From: an uncultured Chloroflexia bacterium
GTDB taxonomy: Bacteria; Chloroflexota; Ktedonobacteria; Ktedonobacterales; JADMIN01
Length of the DNA: 32,000 nucleotides
Assembly: GCA_963718915.1 (NCBI GenBank)
Contig: CAVRAI010000014.1
Location: 150,001-182,000, forward strand
Direction of reading: 5' to 3'
Shown here: positions 24,945-32,000 of the stretch, piece after piece
Position numbering within the stretch: the stretch's first letter is position 1
Layout of the letters: each line of letters starts with the position of its first letter
Made by a program: the position numbers and the translations under genes
Notes under the pieces: model-generated
Told to the model about the DNA's origin: nothing
The model's database searches: none
The model's input: the letters and a program-made list of their open reading frames with translations, nothing else

Positions 24945-25397
24945 GTGGAGCGAACGCTCATCATTGTCAAGCCCGAAGGGGTGCAGCGCGGCCTGATTGG
25001 CCAGGTGATCGCGCGATTCGAGCAGAAGGGGCTGAAGGTCGTCGGCCTGAAGCTGATGCGGATTCCGCGTGAGATGGCGGAGCGCCACTACGCCGAACAC
25101 GCCGGAAAGGCGTTTTATGAGGGGCTGGTAGGCCATATCACATCCAGCCCGGTGGTGGTGGGCGTGCTCGAAGGCCCAGAGGCTGTCAGCGTGGCGCGCA
25201 CCATGATGGGCGTGACGAATCCCAAGGCGGCGGCGCCCGGCACCATTCGTGGTGACTATGGCCTCGACATCGGCCTCAACATCGTTCACGGCTCAGATGG
25301 CACGGAGTCGGCGCAGCGGGAGATCGGCATCTTCTTCACGCCCGCCGAATTAATGGACTACGAGCGCGTGGGTGACCGCTGGGTAGCCGAGGCGTAG
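24945..25397 (+). CDS. ndk: Nucleoside diphosphate kinase
   Basis: ERTLIIVKPEGVQRGLIGQVIARFEQKGLKVVGLKL...NIVHGSD (active-site His). AAGGAG precedes GTG 24945. Confidence 0.95.
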   Translation: MERTLIIVKPEGVQRGLIGQVIARFEQKGLKVVGLKLMRIPREMAERHYAEHAGKAFYEGLVGHITSSPVVVGVLEGPEAVSVARTMMGVTNPKAAAPGTIRGDYGLDIGLNIVHGSDGTESAQREIGIFFTPAELMDYERVGDRWVAEA

Positions 25398-25417
25398 CGG
25401 AGCATATTCCGCGCCCG

Positions 25418-26041
25418 GTGGCGCATCAAGAAAGGCGGCGGCTGGCGGTGATCGACTGGAGTGCGCTACTTCTACCGGCAGCCGTATTGCTGGTGATTCC
25501 CGTCGCGATTGTCATCGGCTACCGGCGCTCCGTTGGCTCGATTGTAGTGAGCGGAGCGCTCGCGGCCGTCATCTTCGCTGCGTTCTGGCTGCTGCTGGGG
25601 GGTACGAGTAGCTTCTACGGCGATTCCGCCAACTATGCCGTCAGAACGCTCATATTCTTTGGTGGCGTCTTACTCGCCCTCGCGACCTGGATACTCTCGC
25701 TGAATGCCGCCGCCCAGACGCGACGCTGGGTCTGGGTTGGGCTGCTGCTCGTTTCGGGCTACCTCACCCTCGCCGCCATCTATGCCTCATTCTCGATTCA
25801 GCCATGCTTCGACGTGCCGAATGGCGAGTTTAGCTGCCCACAGCCCGACTCACTCAGGCAGGCGCTGACCTTCCTGGGCTACCTTGCCTGCCCCGTGGTG
25901 GCGCTGATGTATGGCGTCTACGGCGCCCGCGTGCCCGGTCGGCGTGTTCGCACGCTCCCCGACGGGCTGACCGTCTCCCCGCTTCACGCCAGCCCTGCGG
26001 AAGACGCGCCCGCCACCTCCTCAGCGCCGGACGCGAGCTAA
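25418..26041 (+). CDS. Hypothetical polytopic membrane protein
   Basis: Five or so hydrophobic helices (LLLPAAVLLVIPVAIVIGY, VSGALAAVIFAAFWLLLGG, LIFFGGVLLALATWILSL, WVWVGLLLVSGYLTLAAIYA, LGYLACPVVALMYGVYG). I recognise no motif. Confidence 0.55.
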   Translation: MAHQERRRLAVIDWSALLLPAAVLLVIPVAIVIGYRRSVGSIVVSGALAAVIFAAFWLLLGGTSSFYGDSANYAVRTLIFFGGVLLALATWILSLNAAAQTRRWVWVGLLLVSGYLTLAAIYASFSIQPCFDVPNGEFSCPQPDSLRQALTFLGYLACPVVALMYGVYGARVPGRRVRTLPDGLTVSPLHASPAEDAPATSSAPDAS

Positions 26042-26074
26042 AGGCCGCACCCTTGCATCTGGGGGCGCGCGTTG

Positions 26075-26257
26075 CTACCAGACCCGCGCCAACTCCTCCC
26101 AGCGATTCGCCTGTCGCATGCCCCATGGCTGTTCAAGTCCACTTGCCGCCAGTTGGATCGTGTCGCGCCCGAAGCGCGCGTTGATCATATCTGTGGCCGC
26201 CATTACCCGTCGCTGCTCATCGGGCAAAGCTAGCGATTGTAACTCGGACGGGCGCTG
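26075..26257 (-). pseudogene. C-terminal remnant of a UmuC-like Y-family DNA polymerase
   Basis: My translation is QRPSELQSLALPDEQRRVMAATDMINARFGRDTIQLAASGLEQPWGMRQANRWEELARVW*. It parallels the E. coli UmuC C-terminus (LMTVMDTLNAKEGRGTLYFAGQGIQQQWQMKRAMLSPRYTTRSSDLLRVK) but lacks the SPRYTT segment. There is no upstream polymerase body or start codon. Confidence 0.5.
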
Positions 26258-26343
26258 TTATAGATAACCGCCACGACGATGCCTGCGACGTGACAGCGCG
26301 ACGCTGATCGCCTGGCGCTGCGTGGCGGATGAGATGCGCTGCG

Positions 26344-26829
26344 TCACCCTGTGAAGCCGACGATTTTGTCGAGTACTGCCTCAAGATTGCCGACATCGTA
26401 GTCCCAGCGCTGGTCTGTTATTTCGAGCGCGTTTCGCCGCGCAAGGGGCTTTAAGTTGTCTGGAAGTTCGTCATCATGCGGCATGGTAGCACGATTAACA
26501 AGTAGCGGGATGACTCGAATGTTGCGTTGTAGCGCAGTGGCGATTTCAATGCGAACATAATCGTTGGGGTTATCGAGGCGGCGCTTGCCGGTTTTCTCGT
26601 CAGTGACCGTAAGCCAATACCTGCCGACGACCGCGAGAAGCACCGCACATGAGCCAACAGCCTCTTCAATTGCAGTGACGAAGTCTGTGCCAGGTTCTAT
26701 AGAGAGATCCAGGAAGATTTGGCTCTCCCCGTAGCGGCGGACAAGGTCGGCGCGCAATCTCCCCGCATGCCCTGAGCTATCATCGCGGCGATAGCTGATG
26801 AATATGGGCTGCCGATTAACAGTGCGCAA
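26344..26829 (-). CDS. Stand-alone TIR-domain protein of 161 aa
   Basis: PIFISYRRDDSSGHAGRLRADLVRRYGESQIFLDLSIEPGTDFVTAIEEAVGSCAVLLAVVGRYW plus DYVRIEIATALQRNIRVIPLLV (TIR_2-type core including the conserved Glu, residue 95). The only in-frame start is TTG 26829, with a weak SD. Confidence 0.85.
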   Translation of the reverse strand: MRTVNRQPIFISYRRDDSSGHAGRLRADLVRRYGESQIFLDLSIEPGTDFVTAIEEAVGSCAVLLAVVGRYWLTVTDEKTGKRRLDNPNDYVRIEIATALQRNIRVIPLLVNRATMPHDDELPDNLKPLARRNALEITDQRWDYDVGNLEAVLDKIVGFTG

Positions 26830-27046
26830 TAGGAACGATATGACTCACCACTTTCAGCCCGTGGACTATTCCCGCTGTCGATACTCACGCGGTCGCCTAA
26901 ATCGAGGCTAAACGTCGGCCACGACCCGGACGCATTCGGACTTGGCAAAAAAGGCAGGTCTCTGGCCATGGTGGCCTCCTCACGCAAATGTACGGCAACG
27001 CCTCGTACAGTGGCCGGTCAATAATCCCGAATGTCAGACAACGAGC

Positions 27047-28483
27047 TTATGCCAGATGGTGCAGTACGACCTTCGCACGATAATGGGTTGGGGCTGGGCC
27101 AAAGCGGATGAACGTGCCATTGGTAAGTGGTATGGCCGTTCCTGACGCCACTGGAGTCCACGATACCAACCCGGTTCGCACCGCCATCTCTGAGAGGCCC
27201 TCATTACGCAGGAGCCACTCACCACTGCTACTTCTATACATAAACGTGGCCTGTGGCGTGCGCGAGACCTGATGCTGCGGGTCAGTGTGCCAGGCGGGTT
27301 TGCCGATGATCGTGTGCCACTCATAGAGCGAACGTCCCGGCCAGCCCACGATATGATGCTTGTTATCGTCAATGGTTTCGTCATAGTCTTCGGGATCGCG
27401 AGTGCGGGCATGGGGCAAGATATACATAAACGGCAGGGTACGCGGCTCCCGGAGGCGTTGATTGCAGCACGGGCAGGTGAAGTTGTTCTGTGGCAGCGCG
27501 ACAAAGCTGTGCCACCAGCACTGCGGCGCAGGCGTCTCGCAGGGAACAATCCGGTCAAACGCATGCACGAGTGCGGGAAGCCACCGCTGCGGCTGCGGGC
27601 GGGCGTTTGGATGATGCAGCCCTGCGACAAACGCCTCGCGGAAGAGCTCCTCCAGTTCCTCTCCGAGCATACTGGCAAAGAAACGCTGATACGAGTTCCT
27701 GTTGGAGTGATCGGTAGGGTGCTCAATGTAGAGCGCTCCTGGGCCAAACGTCGCCAAATCATCCTTTTCGGGATCATCTGGAAAGTGGATTTTGTCACCC
27801 ATCAGCGGATGGTAGCCAACGAGCAGGTAGTAGAGCAGTGCTGCGAGGGAGTGGCGGCTGCTGGTGATAGTGGGAATTATCTGCTGCTGGCTCTTCAACT
27901 GGCCCCAGAGTTCCGGGGCCTGGAACCTGGGGTTGCCCATCACTTCGGGGGGAACGGCGCCAGGAACAGTGATACTATCGCAGTCAATCAGCGTCATGCG
28001 TCCCTCATAGGCGTCGAGCATCACATCGTTGAACGTAAAGTCTGGATAGCAGATGCCGAGCGCCGACATGCGCTGGAAGGCGTGGGCAATCTTGATGGCG
28101 ACGGCGATTCTTCCCAGGAACCATCCTTGTTCCTTGGGTGGCATGCTGCTGAATGATTTTGGGAAGATATAGTGCGCCATCGTCTTCATATTCGCGGCGA
28201 GCCGCATACGATAGCCTATCAGAGGGCTGACGACCAGTTTTTCGGGCCAGGTGAAGTAGTCTTGCCAGTAGGGATCATCCTTCGTCGGATTCACATCATT
28301 GATGAGGCGCAGGATGATTCCGGCATGGCGCTGCGCCTCATCGTGCGTTGCGCTGGGAGGATAGAGCTTCACGGCGCTGCGACCATCCTGCGAGGCGAGG
28401 ATGATGCCCTGCGCGCCCTGCCCAATAACCTCTATAAACTCTTCGGTGGTATTGTCAGCATAGGTTACTGTCACCGATGGCAT
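27047..28483 (-). CDS. Atypical protein-kinase-fold protein (YegI-like) with a Cys-rich Zn-ribbon-like segment and an FHA-like C-terminal domain
   Basis: Gly-loop GQGAQGII and Lys in SAVKLY. Catalytic-loop-like ICYPDFTFNDVML. DFG-equivalent LIDCDS. APE-like FQAPELW. HSLAALLYYLLVGYHPLMG. The segment LFREAF...ARPQPQRWLPAL. Then PCETPAPQCWW...CPCCNQ, and a tail GRSLYEWH...ATFMYRSSSGEWLLRNEGLSEMAV...PLTNGTFIRFG. GAGGAG precedes ATG 28483. Confidence 0.75.
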   Translation of the reverse strand: MPSVTVTYADNTTEEFIEVIGQGAQGIILASQDGRSAVKLYPPSATHDEAQRHAGIILRLINDVNPTKDDPYWQDYFTWPEKLVVSPLIGYRMRLAANMKTMAHYIFPKSFSSMPPKEQGWFLGRIAVAIKIAHAFQRMSALGICYPDFTFNDVMLDAYEGRMTLIDCDSITVPGAVPPEVMGNPRFQAPELWGQLKSQQQIIPTITSSRHSLAALLYYLLVGYHPLMGDKIHFPDDPEKDDLATFGPGALYIEHPTDHSNRNSYQRFFASMLGEELEELFREAFVAGLHHPNARPQPQRWLPALVHAFDRIVPCETPAPQCWWHSFVALPQNNFTCPCCNQRLREPRTLPFMYILPHARTRDPEDYDETIDDNKHHIVGWPGRSLYEWHTIIGKPAWHTDPQHQVSRTPQATFMYRSSSGEWLLRNEGLSEMAVRTGLVSWTPVASGTAIPLTNGTFIRFGPAPTHYRAKVVLHHLA

Positions 28484-28677
28484 GAATATTCTCCTCTATG
28501 ATCCTCGGTACACGCAGACGAGCGTGCGGTCATCAAATAAGGCGCGTTTCCGGTAGCCTTGGAATAGAGGCTATAGCGGACATCGAGCGAACTGTAACCG
28601 ACGAAACTGCCATATCGCGCTCCTGTGGAGATGGTGATGCTGTTTGCTCGCCATTGTAGCACAGCAGAAATAGAGCA

Positions 28678-28706
28678 AACGGCTAGGTCAATGCGACCTA
28701 ACCGTT
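28678..28706 (-). terminator. Hairpin terminator just downstream of the PH-SHOCT gene
   Basis: Minus-strand RNA AACGGUUAGGUC-GCAUU-GACCUAGCCGUU forms a 12-bp stem with one G-U pair and a 5-nt loop. It is followed by UGCUCUAUUUCUGCUG and begins 15 nt after the stop at 28721. Confidence 0.5.
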
Positions 28707-28720
28707 CATTGCTCATGCAC

Positions 28721-29209
28721 TTACAAGCCAAGAATCTGCCGCTTCTTCACTGCGAATTCGTCTTCGGTCAGCACGCCCTGGTCGCGGAGCGCTGCCAGTT
28801 TTGCTAATTCATCGGCTGCGGATGGTGGGGAAGCCATGACTTGCGGTACATTGCGGGCAGAGAGCGCGGCTTGCTGGTACTGTTCGATGAGGGCCTTTGC
28901 CTGTTCAAATTGTTTGGTCTGGCCTGCTGCGATGACTATAGCATTCTCATCACTGGCCGCATTGTAGACTGTGCCCCGTTTGCTCTCCTGGCCGCCTAAG
29001 AACGAGATACGGATAAATCCGCGTGTAAGGCCAGGTTTCTTGAGTTGTACCGCCGAGATCTGGTCAAGGCGAATTTCTTTATGGCCTTGCTGCATCATGA
29101 CACCTAACAGGCCCTTCCGCTGAATAGTGACCTTGATAGGAGTCACGATAAGTTGCCCATTAACTCCTTTAGCGGTGAATGACTGCGGCGTTGCATTGGC
29201 ATTAGACAT
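28721..29209 (-). CDS. DUF4429 (bacterial PH-like) domain protein with a C-terminal SHOCT domain
   Basis: GVNGQLIVTPIKVTIQRKG...KEIRLDQISAVQLKKPGLTRGFIRISFLGG...NAIVIAAGQTKQFEQAKALIE matches the DUF4429 pattern. The C-terminus ELAKLAALRDQGVLTEDEFAVKKRQILG is a SHOCT motif. AGGGGG precedes ATG 29209. Confidence 0.75.
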   Translation of the reverse strand: MSNANATPQSFTAKGVNGQLIVTPIKVTIQRKGLLGVMMQQGHKEIRLDQISAVQLKKPGLTRGFIRISFLGGQESKRGTVYNAASDENAIVIAAGQTKQFEQAKALIEQYQQAALSARNVPQVMASPPSAADELAKLAALRDQGVLTEDEFAVKKRQILGL

Positions 29210-29259
29210 CTATTGCCCCCTAACTACTTCGATTCAATACAACATCAAAATCCTCTTAC

Positions 29260-29288
29260 ATGCTAGCTGTGATGTGATTGCTCGTCAA
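29260..29288 (-). promoter_or_regulatory. Candidate sigma70-type promoter for the PH-SHOCT gene
   Basis: On the minus strand, TTGACG (29288-29283), 17-nt spacer, TAGCAT (29265-29260), about 50 nt upstream of ATG 29209. It lies in the AT-richer edge of the islet. Pattern match only. Confidence 0.35.
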
Positions 29289-29334
29289 GGGGTAATGCAG
29301 CCACAGGGCGTGGAGATGTTGCCATTGAGCGGAT

Positions 29335-29650
29335 TCAGCAAGGGCGGGATGATTTTAACATCCACGTGCTCGCTTGCGGCAGCCGCAGCGCGTTGAGCGC
29401 GTTGAGCGAGAGCCGCCACTGGCCCAGGTGGCGGCAGGTGGGGCAGAGCGAACTCTCACCTAAAGTCCAGGCCACTACCTCTCTCTTGGCGAGCGCCTCA
29501 CTCACCCGAGAGTCGCACCCCACGCATGAAGTATTTCCGCTGATTCATCGGCGACACTATGTGTGCCAATTCCAGGTCACGGGTACAGACTTCGGGTACA
29601 GCCTTTCGGAGAAGAGACCGCGCCATCACCACAAACGCAGCCTCGGCTAT
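29335..29650 (-). pseudogene. Diverged internal fragment of a recO-like gene (zinc-finger region), frameshifted and 3-prime truncated
   Basis: The fragment CVGCDSRV...LCPTCRHLGQWRLSLNALNALRLPQASTW parallels intact RecO CVNCDRPL...LCPNCRHLGQRRLSLNALKVLRLLQSSTW (31.7-31.87 kb). A ~55-nt core is near-identical at DNA level. Upstream in another frame, TRDLELAHIVSPMNQR weakly parallels LRYFELHLLSDLGFR. Similarity stops at about 29358. Confidence 0.6.
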
Positions 29651-29836
29651 TGCGCGATGGCTCGCGGGATGAAACCGTGGTTCGCACGCTCACCACTAGT
29701 CCGGTCAGGCCGCCTTACCGCTCTCCGCAGCCGCCGCTGGATCGCGCTGGATCGTCGGCAATGACAGGAGGAGGCCGCTCAATGGTCACCGATATCAGCA
29801 GTCGCACGACCCGCCAATAGCAGGCTTGAGGATGGC

Positions 29837-31247
29837 TTGCTGCCAGACGCGACGTCTCAACCGATCGCGCCGCCCTTCAACAATGATGTAACTGCGACTC
29901 ACCGCTTGAGCCTGGATGAACGACGGGCGCGCAAGCGCGCTCTGCGCAGGCAGGCGCCGAGGAGCAGCCATGCCTTCTGTGAGTTCTCGAATCGCATCGA
30001 CCCGGTCACCCTGCTAGAGAGGCAGGCCACAACGCGCCTACCTGAGCTGATCCCTATCCGCTATGGGCGTATGCGGGTTTCCCCATTCGCGTTCTATCGT
30101 GGATCGGCGATTGTGATGGCGCAGGACCTGGCCCGCACTCCCTCGACAGGCATCTATACCCAACTCTGCGGCGATTGCCACCTCTCCAACTTCGGGGATT
30201 ACGCCTCGCCTGAACGTACGCTGCTCTTTGGCATCAATGACTTCGACGAGACACTGCCCGGCCCTTGGGAGTGGGATGTCAAGCGGCTCGCGGCCAGCTT
30301 CTATATCGCCGGTCGAGGCAACGGTTTTTCGGAGGTGGACTGCCGCAATGCGGCGCTGGCGACGGCTCGATCTTATCGGTTGCATATGACAGAGTTCGCC
30401 GGGATGCGCACCCTCGACGTGTGGTATTCAAGCGTCACCGCCGAGAAATTGCTGAACGTATTACGGAGTAGGCGCGATATCAGGCGTGAGCGGCGCGAGC
30501 TAGCCAGGATTCGGGGCCACGATAGCCTGCAGGCGCTCACCAAACTGACCGAAATAGTTGATGGCCGCCTGGCCATTGCCGACAACCCTCCCCTGATCAC
30601 ACGGCTCGAAGAGGAGGAGCTTGGGGCCAGCCTACGTACGCTCTTCTACCAGTATCAGCGTTCGCTCCAGGGCGCACAGCGCAATATGCTCGATCGCTTT
30701 CATGTCGTTGACGTGGCTCTCAAGGTAGTGGGGGTGGGCAGCGTAGGGACACGCTGCTTTATCGTGCTGCTGATTGGGCAAGGTACAGACGACCCACTCT
30801 TCCTGCAGGGCAAAGAGGCGGAAGCGTCGGTGCTTTCGGCCCACCTGCCCAGGAGCATTTACAGACATCAGGGAAGGCGGGTGGTAGCCGGCCAGGAGCT
30901 TATACAGGCAGCGTCGGATATCTTCCTGGGCTGGAATAATGGGCCGCGCGGGCGCTATTTCTACTGGCGGCAATTGCGCGACATGAAAGGCTCGGTGGAG
31001 GTGGAGTATCTGTCAGCCCCCGATCTGGCGGCCTACGGCGAGCTTTGTGGCTGGGCCCTGGCACGGGCCCATGCGCATGCCTGCCCGACACGCGGTCGAG
31101 ATTGCGGCGTATCTGGGGACGTGTGAGAGCTTTGACCGGGCCATCGCCACCTTTGCTGAGATGTACGCCAACCAGAACGAACGTGACTATCAGTCGTTCT
31201 TGTCTGCCATCAACAGTGGACGCATCAAGGCAGCAGTGGTTGACTGA
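29837..31247 (+). pseudogene. DUF2252-family protein gene interrupted by a frameshift near 31080-31090
   Basis: Family hallmarks are RIDPVTLLERQ...LIPIRYGRMRVSPFAFYRGSAIVMAQDLA, CGDCHLSNFG and NDFDETLPGPWEWDVKRLAAS. The expected C-terminus (AVEIAAYLGTCESFDRAIATFAEMYANQNERDYQSFLSAINSGRI) is in the +1 frame (ORF 31047-31247), while the main ORF ends at 31126. Confidence 0.75.
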
Positions 31248-31390
31248 TCCAGATATCCGGGTCGCTCATTCTACCGGCTCCTTGCCCAGATCCCTTCATG
31301 GGACGGTATCTGGCGCACGGGCCGCGCTGATCCCTGCTCGTCATCTCGCCTGAGCTGCTCATACCGATTTCGTTTGGGATGTTGTGGTTT

Positions 31391-31480
31391 GGCAGACATG
31401 CCATAGCCTGAAGGCCACGGCGAATTTCCGAGTCCCGCGCATCCGCCCATTCGCCGTAGCGTTCACGCTATGGTCTGCCT
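31391..31480. repeat. Repeat family B, locus 3
   Basis: cccattcgccgtagcgttcacgctatggtctgcctc (hairpin at 31454-31473) is near-identical to 7405-7436. A degenerate inverted half, ggcagacatgccatagc...gccacggcgaatttcc, lies at 31391-31430. Confidence 0.65.
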
Positions 31481-31560
31481 CCGCATGAGAACGGTCCAAC
31501 CGGATTTCGTATCACAATCCGCACCATCGCACTGGGAAAACGACTGACGCACCCGCGAAT

Positions 31561-32000
31561 CTACCTCGTTGGCGCGCGTTGGAGGAAGCTCCACGACTTC
31601 AGTTCCCTATCGAGGTGATAGCGCAGGGTGCTTTGCAGCACGCCCTCCATCTCGTTCTGCAGGTCGGGTTCCAGTCGCAGCCGGGGCGCCGCCTCCCAGG
31701 TGCTCGATTGCAGCAGTCGCAGCACCTTCAGCGCGTTGAGCGAGAGCCGCCGCTGGCCGAGATGGCGGCAGTTGGGGCAGAGTGCGCCGCCCAACTCCGC
31801 GCTATAGCTGTTCTCCTCTGGGCGCAGCGGACGGTCGCAGTTGACGCAGTGGTGCAGGTTGGGGCGGAAGCCCAGGTCGCTCAGCAGGTGCAGCTCGAAG
31901 TAGCGGAGCGCCAGCCAGCTTCGCGTCGTCTCATGCGTGAGCGCGTCCTCGTTGAGCTGCTCCAGCATCGCCAGGAAGAGCTTGTAGAGATGCGGGTGGG
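31561..32000 (-). CDS. recO: DNA repair protein RecO, C-terminal ~146 codons; the gene continues past the right edge
   Basis: Zinc-finger region CVNCDRPL...CPNCRH and the preceding helical segment LALRYFELHLLSDLGFRP. The reading frame stays open to position 32000 (HPHLYKLFLAMLEQ...). Confidence 0.85.
   Translation of the reverse strand, partial: HPHLYKLFLAMLEQLNEDALTHETTRSWLALRYFELHLLSDLGFRPNLHHCVNCDRPLRPEENSYSAELGGALCPNCRHLGQRRLSLNALKVLRLLQSSTWEAAPRLRLEPDLQNEMEGVLQSTLRYHLDRELKSWSFLQRAPTR

Noticed and set aside
27034-28156. ORFs 27034-27798 (-, 254 aa, off-frame) and 27272-28156 (+, 294 aa) within the kinase gene
   Set aside because: The 478-aa frame carries the ordered kinase motifs and a strong SD. 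The overlapping frames are R/S-rich with no features.
28471-28731. 86-aa minus-strand ORF bridging the PH-SHOCT stop and the kinase start
   Set aside because: It overlaps both neighbours and spans the terminator hairpin. It has no SD and no recognisable sequence features, so the region is better explained as terminator plus 5-prime leader.
26344-29209. Calling the islet a Thoeris system
   Set aside because: Only the TIR (ThsB-like in size) is present. No ThsA-type SIR2, Macro, SLOG or TM effector is in the window, so the named-system call is unsupported.
29366-29820. Plus-strand ORFs 29366-29764 (132 aa) and 29563-29820 (85 aa)
   Set aside because: They are Pro/Arg/Ser-rich, lack an SD, and lie antisense to the recO-like pseudo-fragment. 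They are more likely chance frames in decayed sequence.
26040-31560. Calling the accessory patch an integrative mobile element or prophage
   Set aside because: No integrase, transposase, tRNA target or clean flanking direct repeats were found. A shared GAYGATTTT 9-mer near both islet edges (about 26357 and 29347) is short, and one copy lies inside the TIR coding sequence, so it is probably coincidence.

Overview
High-GC bacterial chromosome segment. The P/S/A/Q-rich linkers and dispersed intergenic repeats suggest Chloroflexota/Ktedonobacteria, but that is a guess I cannot verify. All calls come from reading the ORF track and the sequence by eye; no searches were run. Left to right: (1) a tightly packed minus-strand operon of alpha/beta-hydrolase, class I HMG-CoA reductase, UbiA-type prenyltransferase and a PEP/pyruvate-binding enzyme (truncated by the window edge), with no other mevalonate genes. 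(2) Housekeeping genes: M42 peptidase, leuB and a small membrane protein. (3) Two families of intergenic repeats. (4) A roughly 10 kb minus-strand chemosensory cluster in pilG-pilH-pilI-pilJ-chpA order, led by a stand-alone PATAN/DUF4388 protein. It contains two CheY-like receivers, CheW, an MCP with a long G/N/M/Y-rich tail, and a 1431-aa dual-Hpt CheA-CheW-REC hybrid. No CheB or CheR is present. (5) chrA, a DinB-fold protein and an MshA-like GT4 glycosyltransferase. (6) Two TPR proteins, a Roadblock/LC7 protein, ndk and a membrane protein. (7) An accessory patch next to recO. It holds a UmuC C-terminal remnant, then a visibly lower-GC islet of about 3 kb encoding a stand-alone TIR protein, a YegI-like kinase with a Zn-ribbon and an FHA-like tail, and a PH(DUF4429)-SHOCT protein. 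A diverged recO pseudo-fragment sits exactly at the composition switch, followed by a frameshifted DUF2252 gene and the intact recO 3-prime part. The TIR/kinase islet is my best candidate for an undescribed, defence-like system. No rRNA, tRNA, CRISPR array, integrase or transposase was seen.
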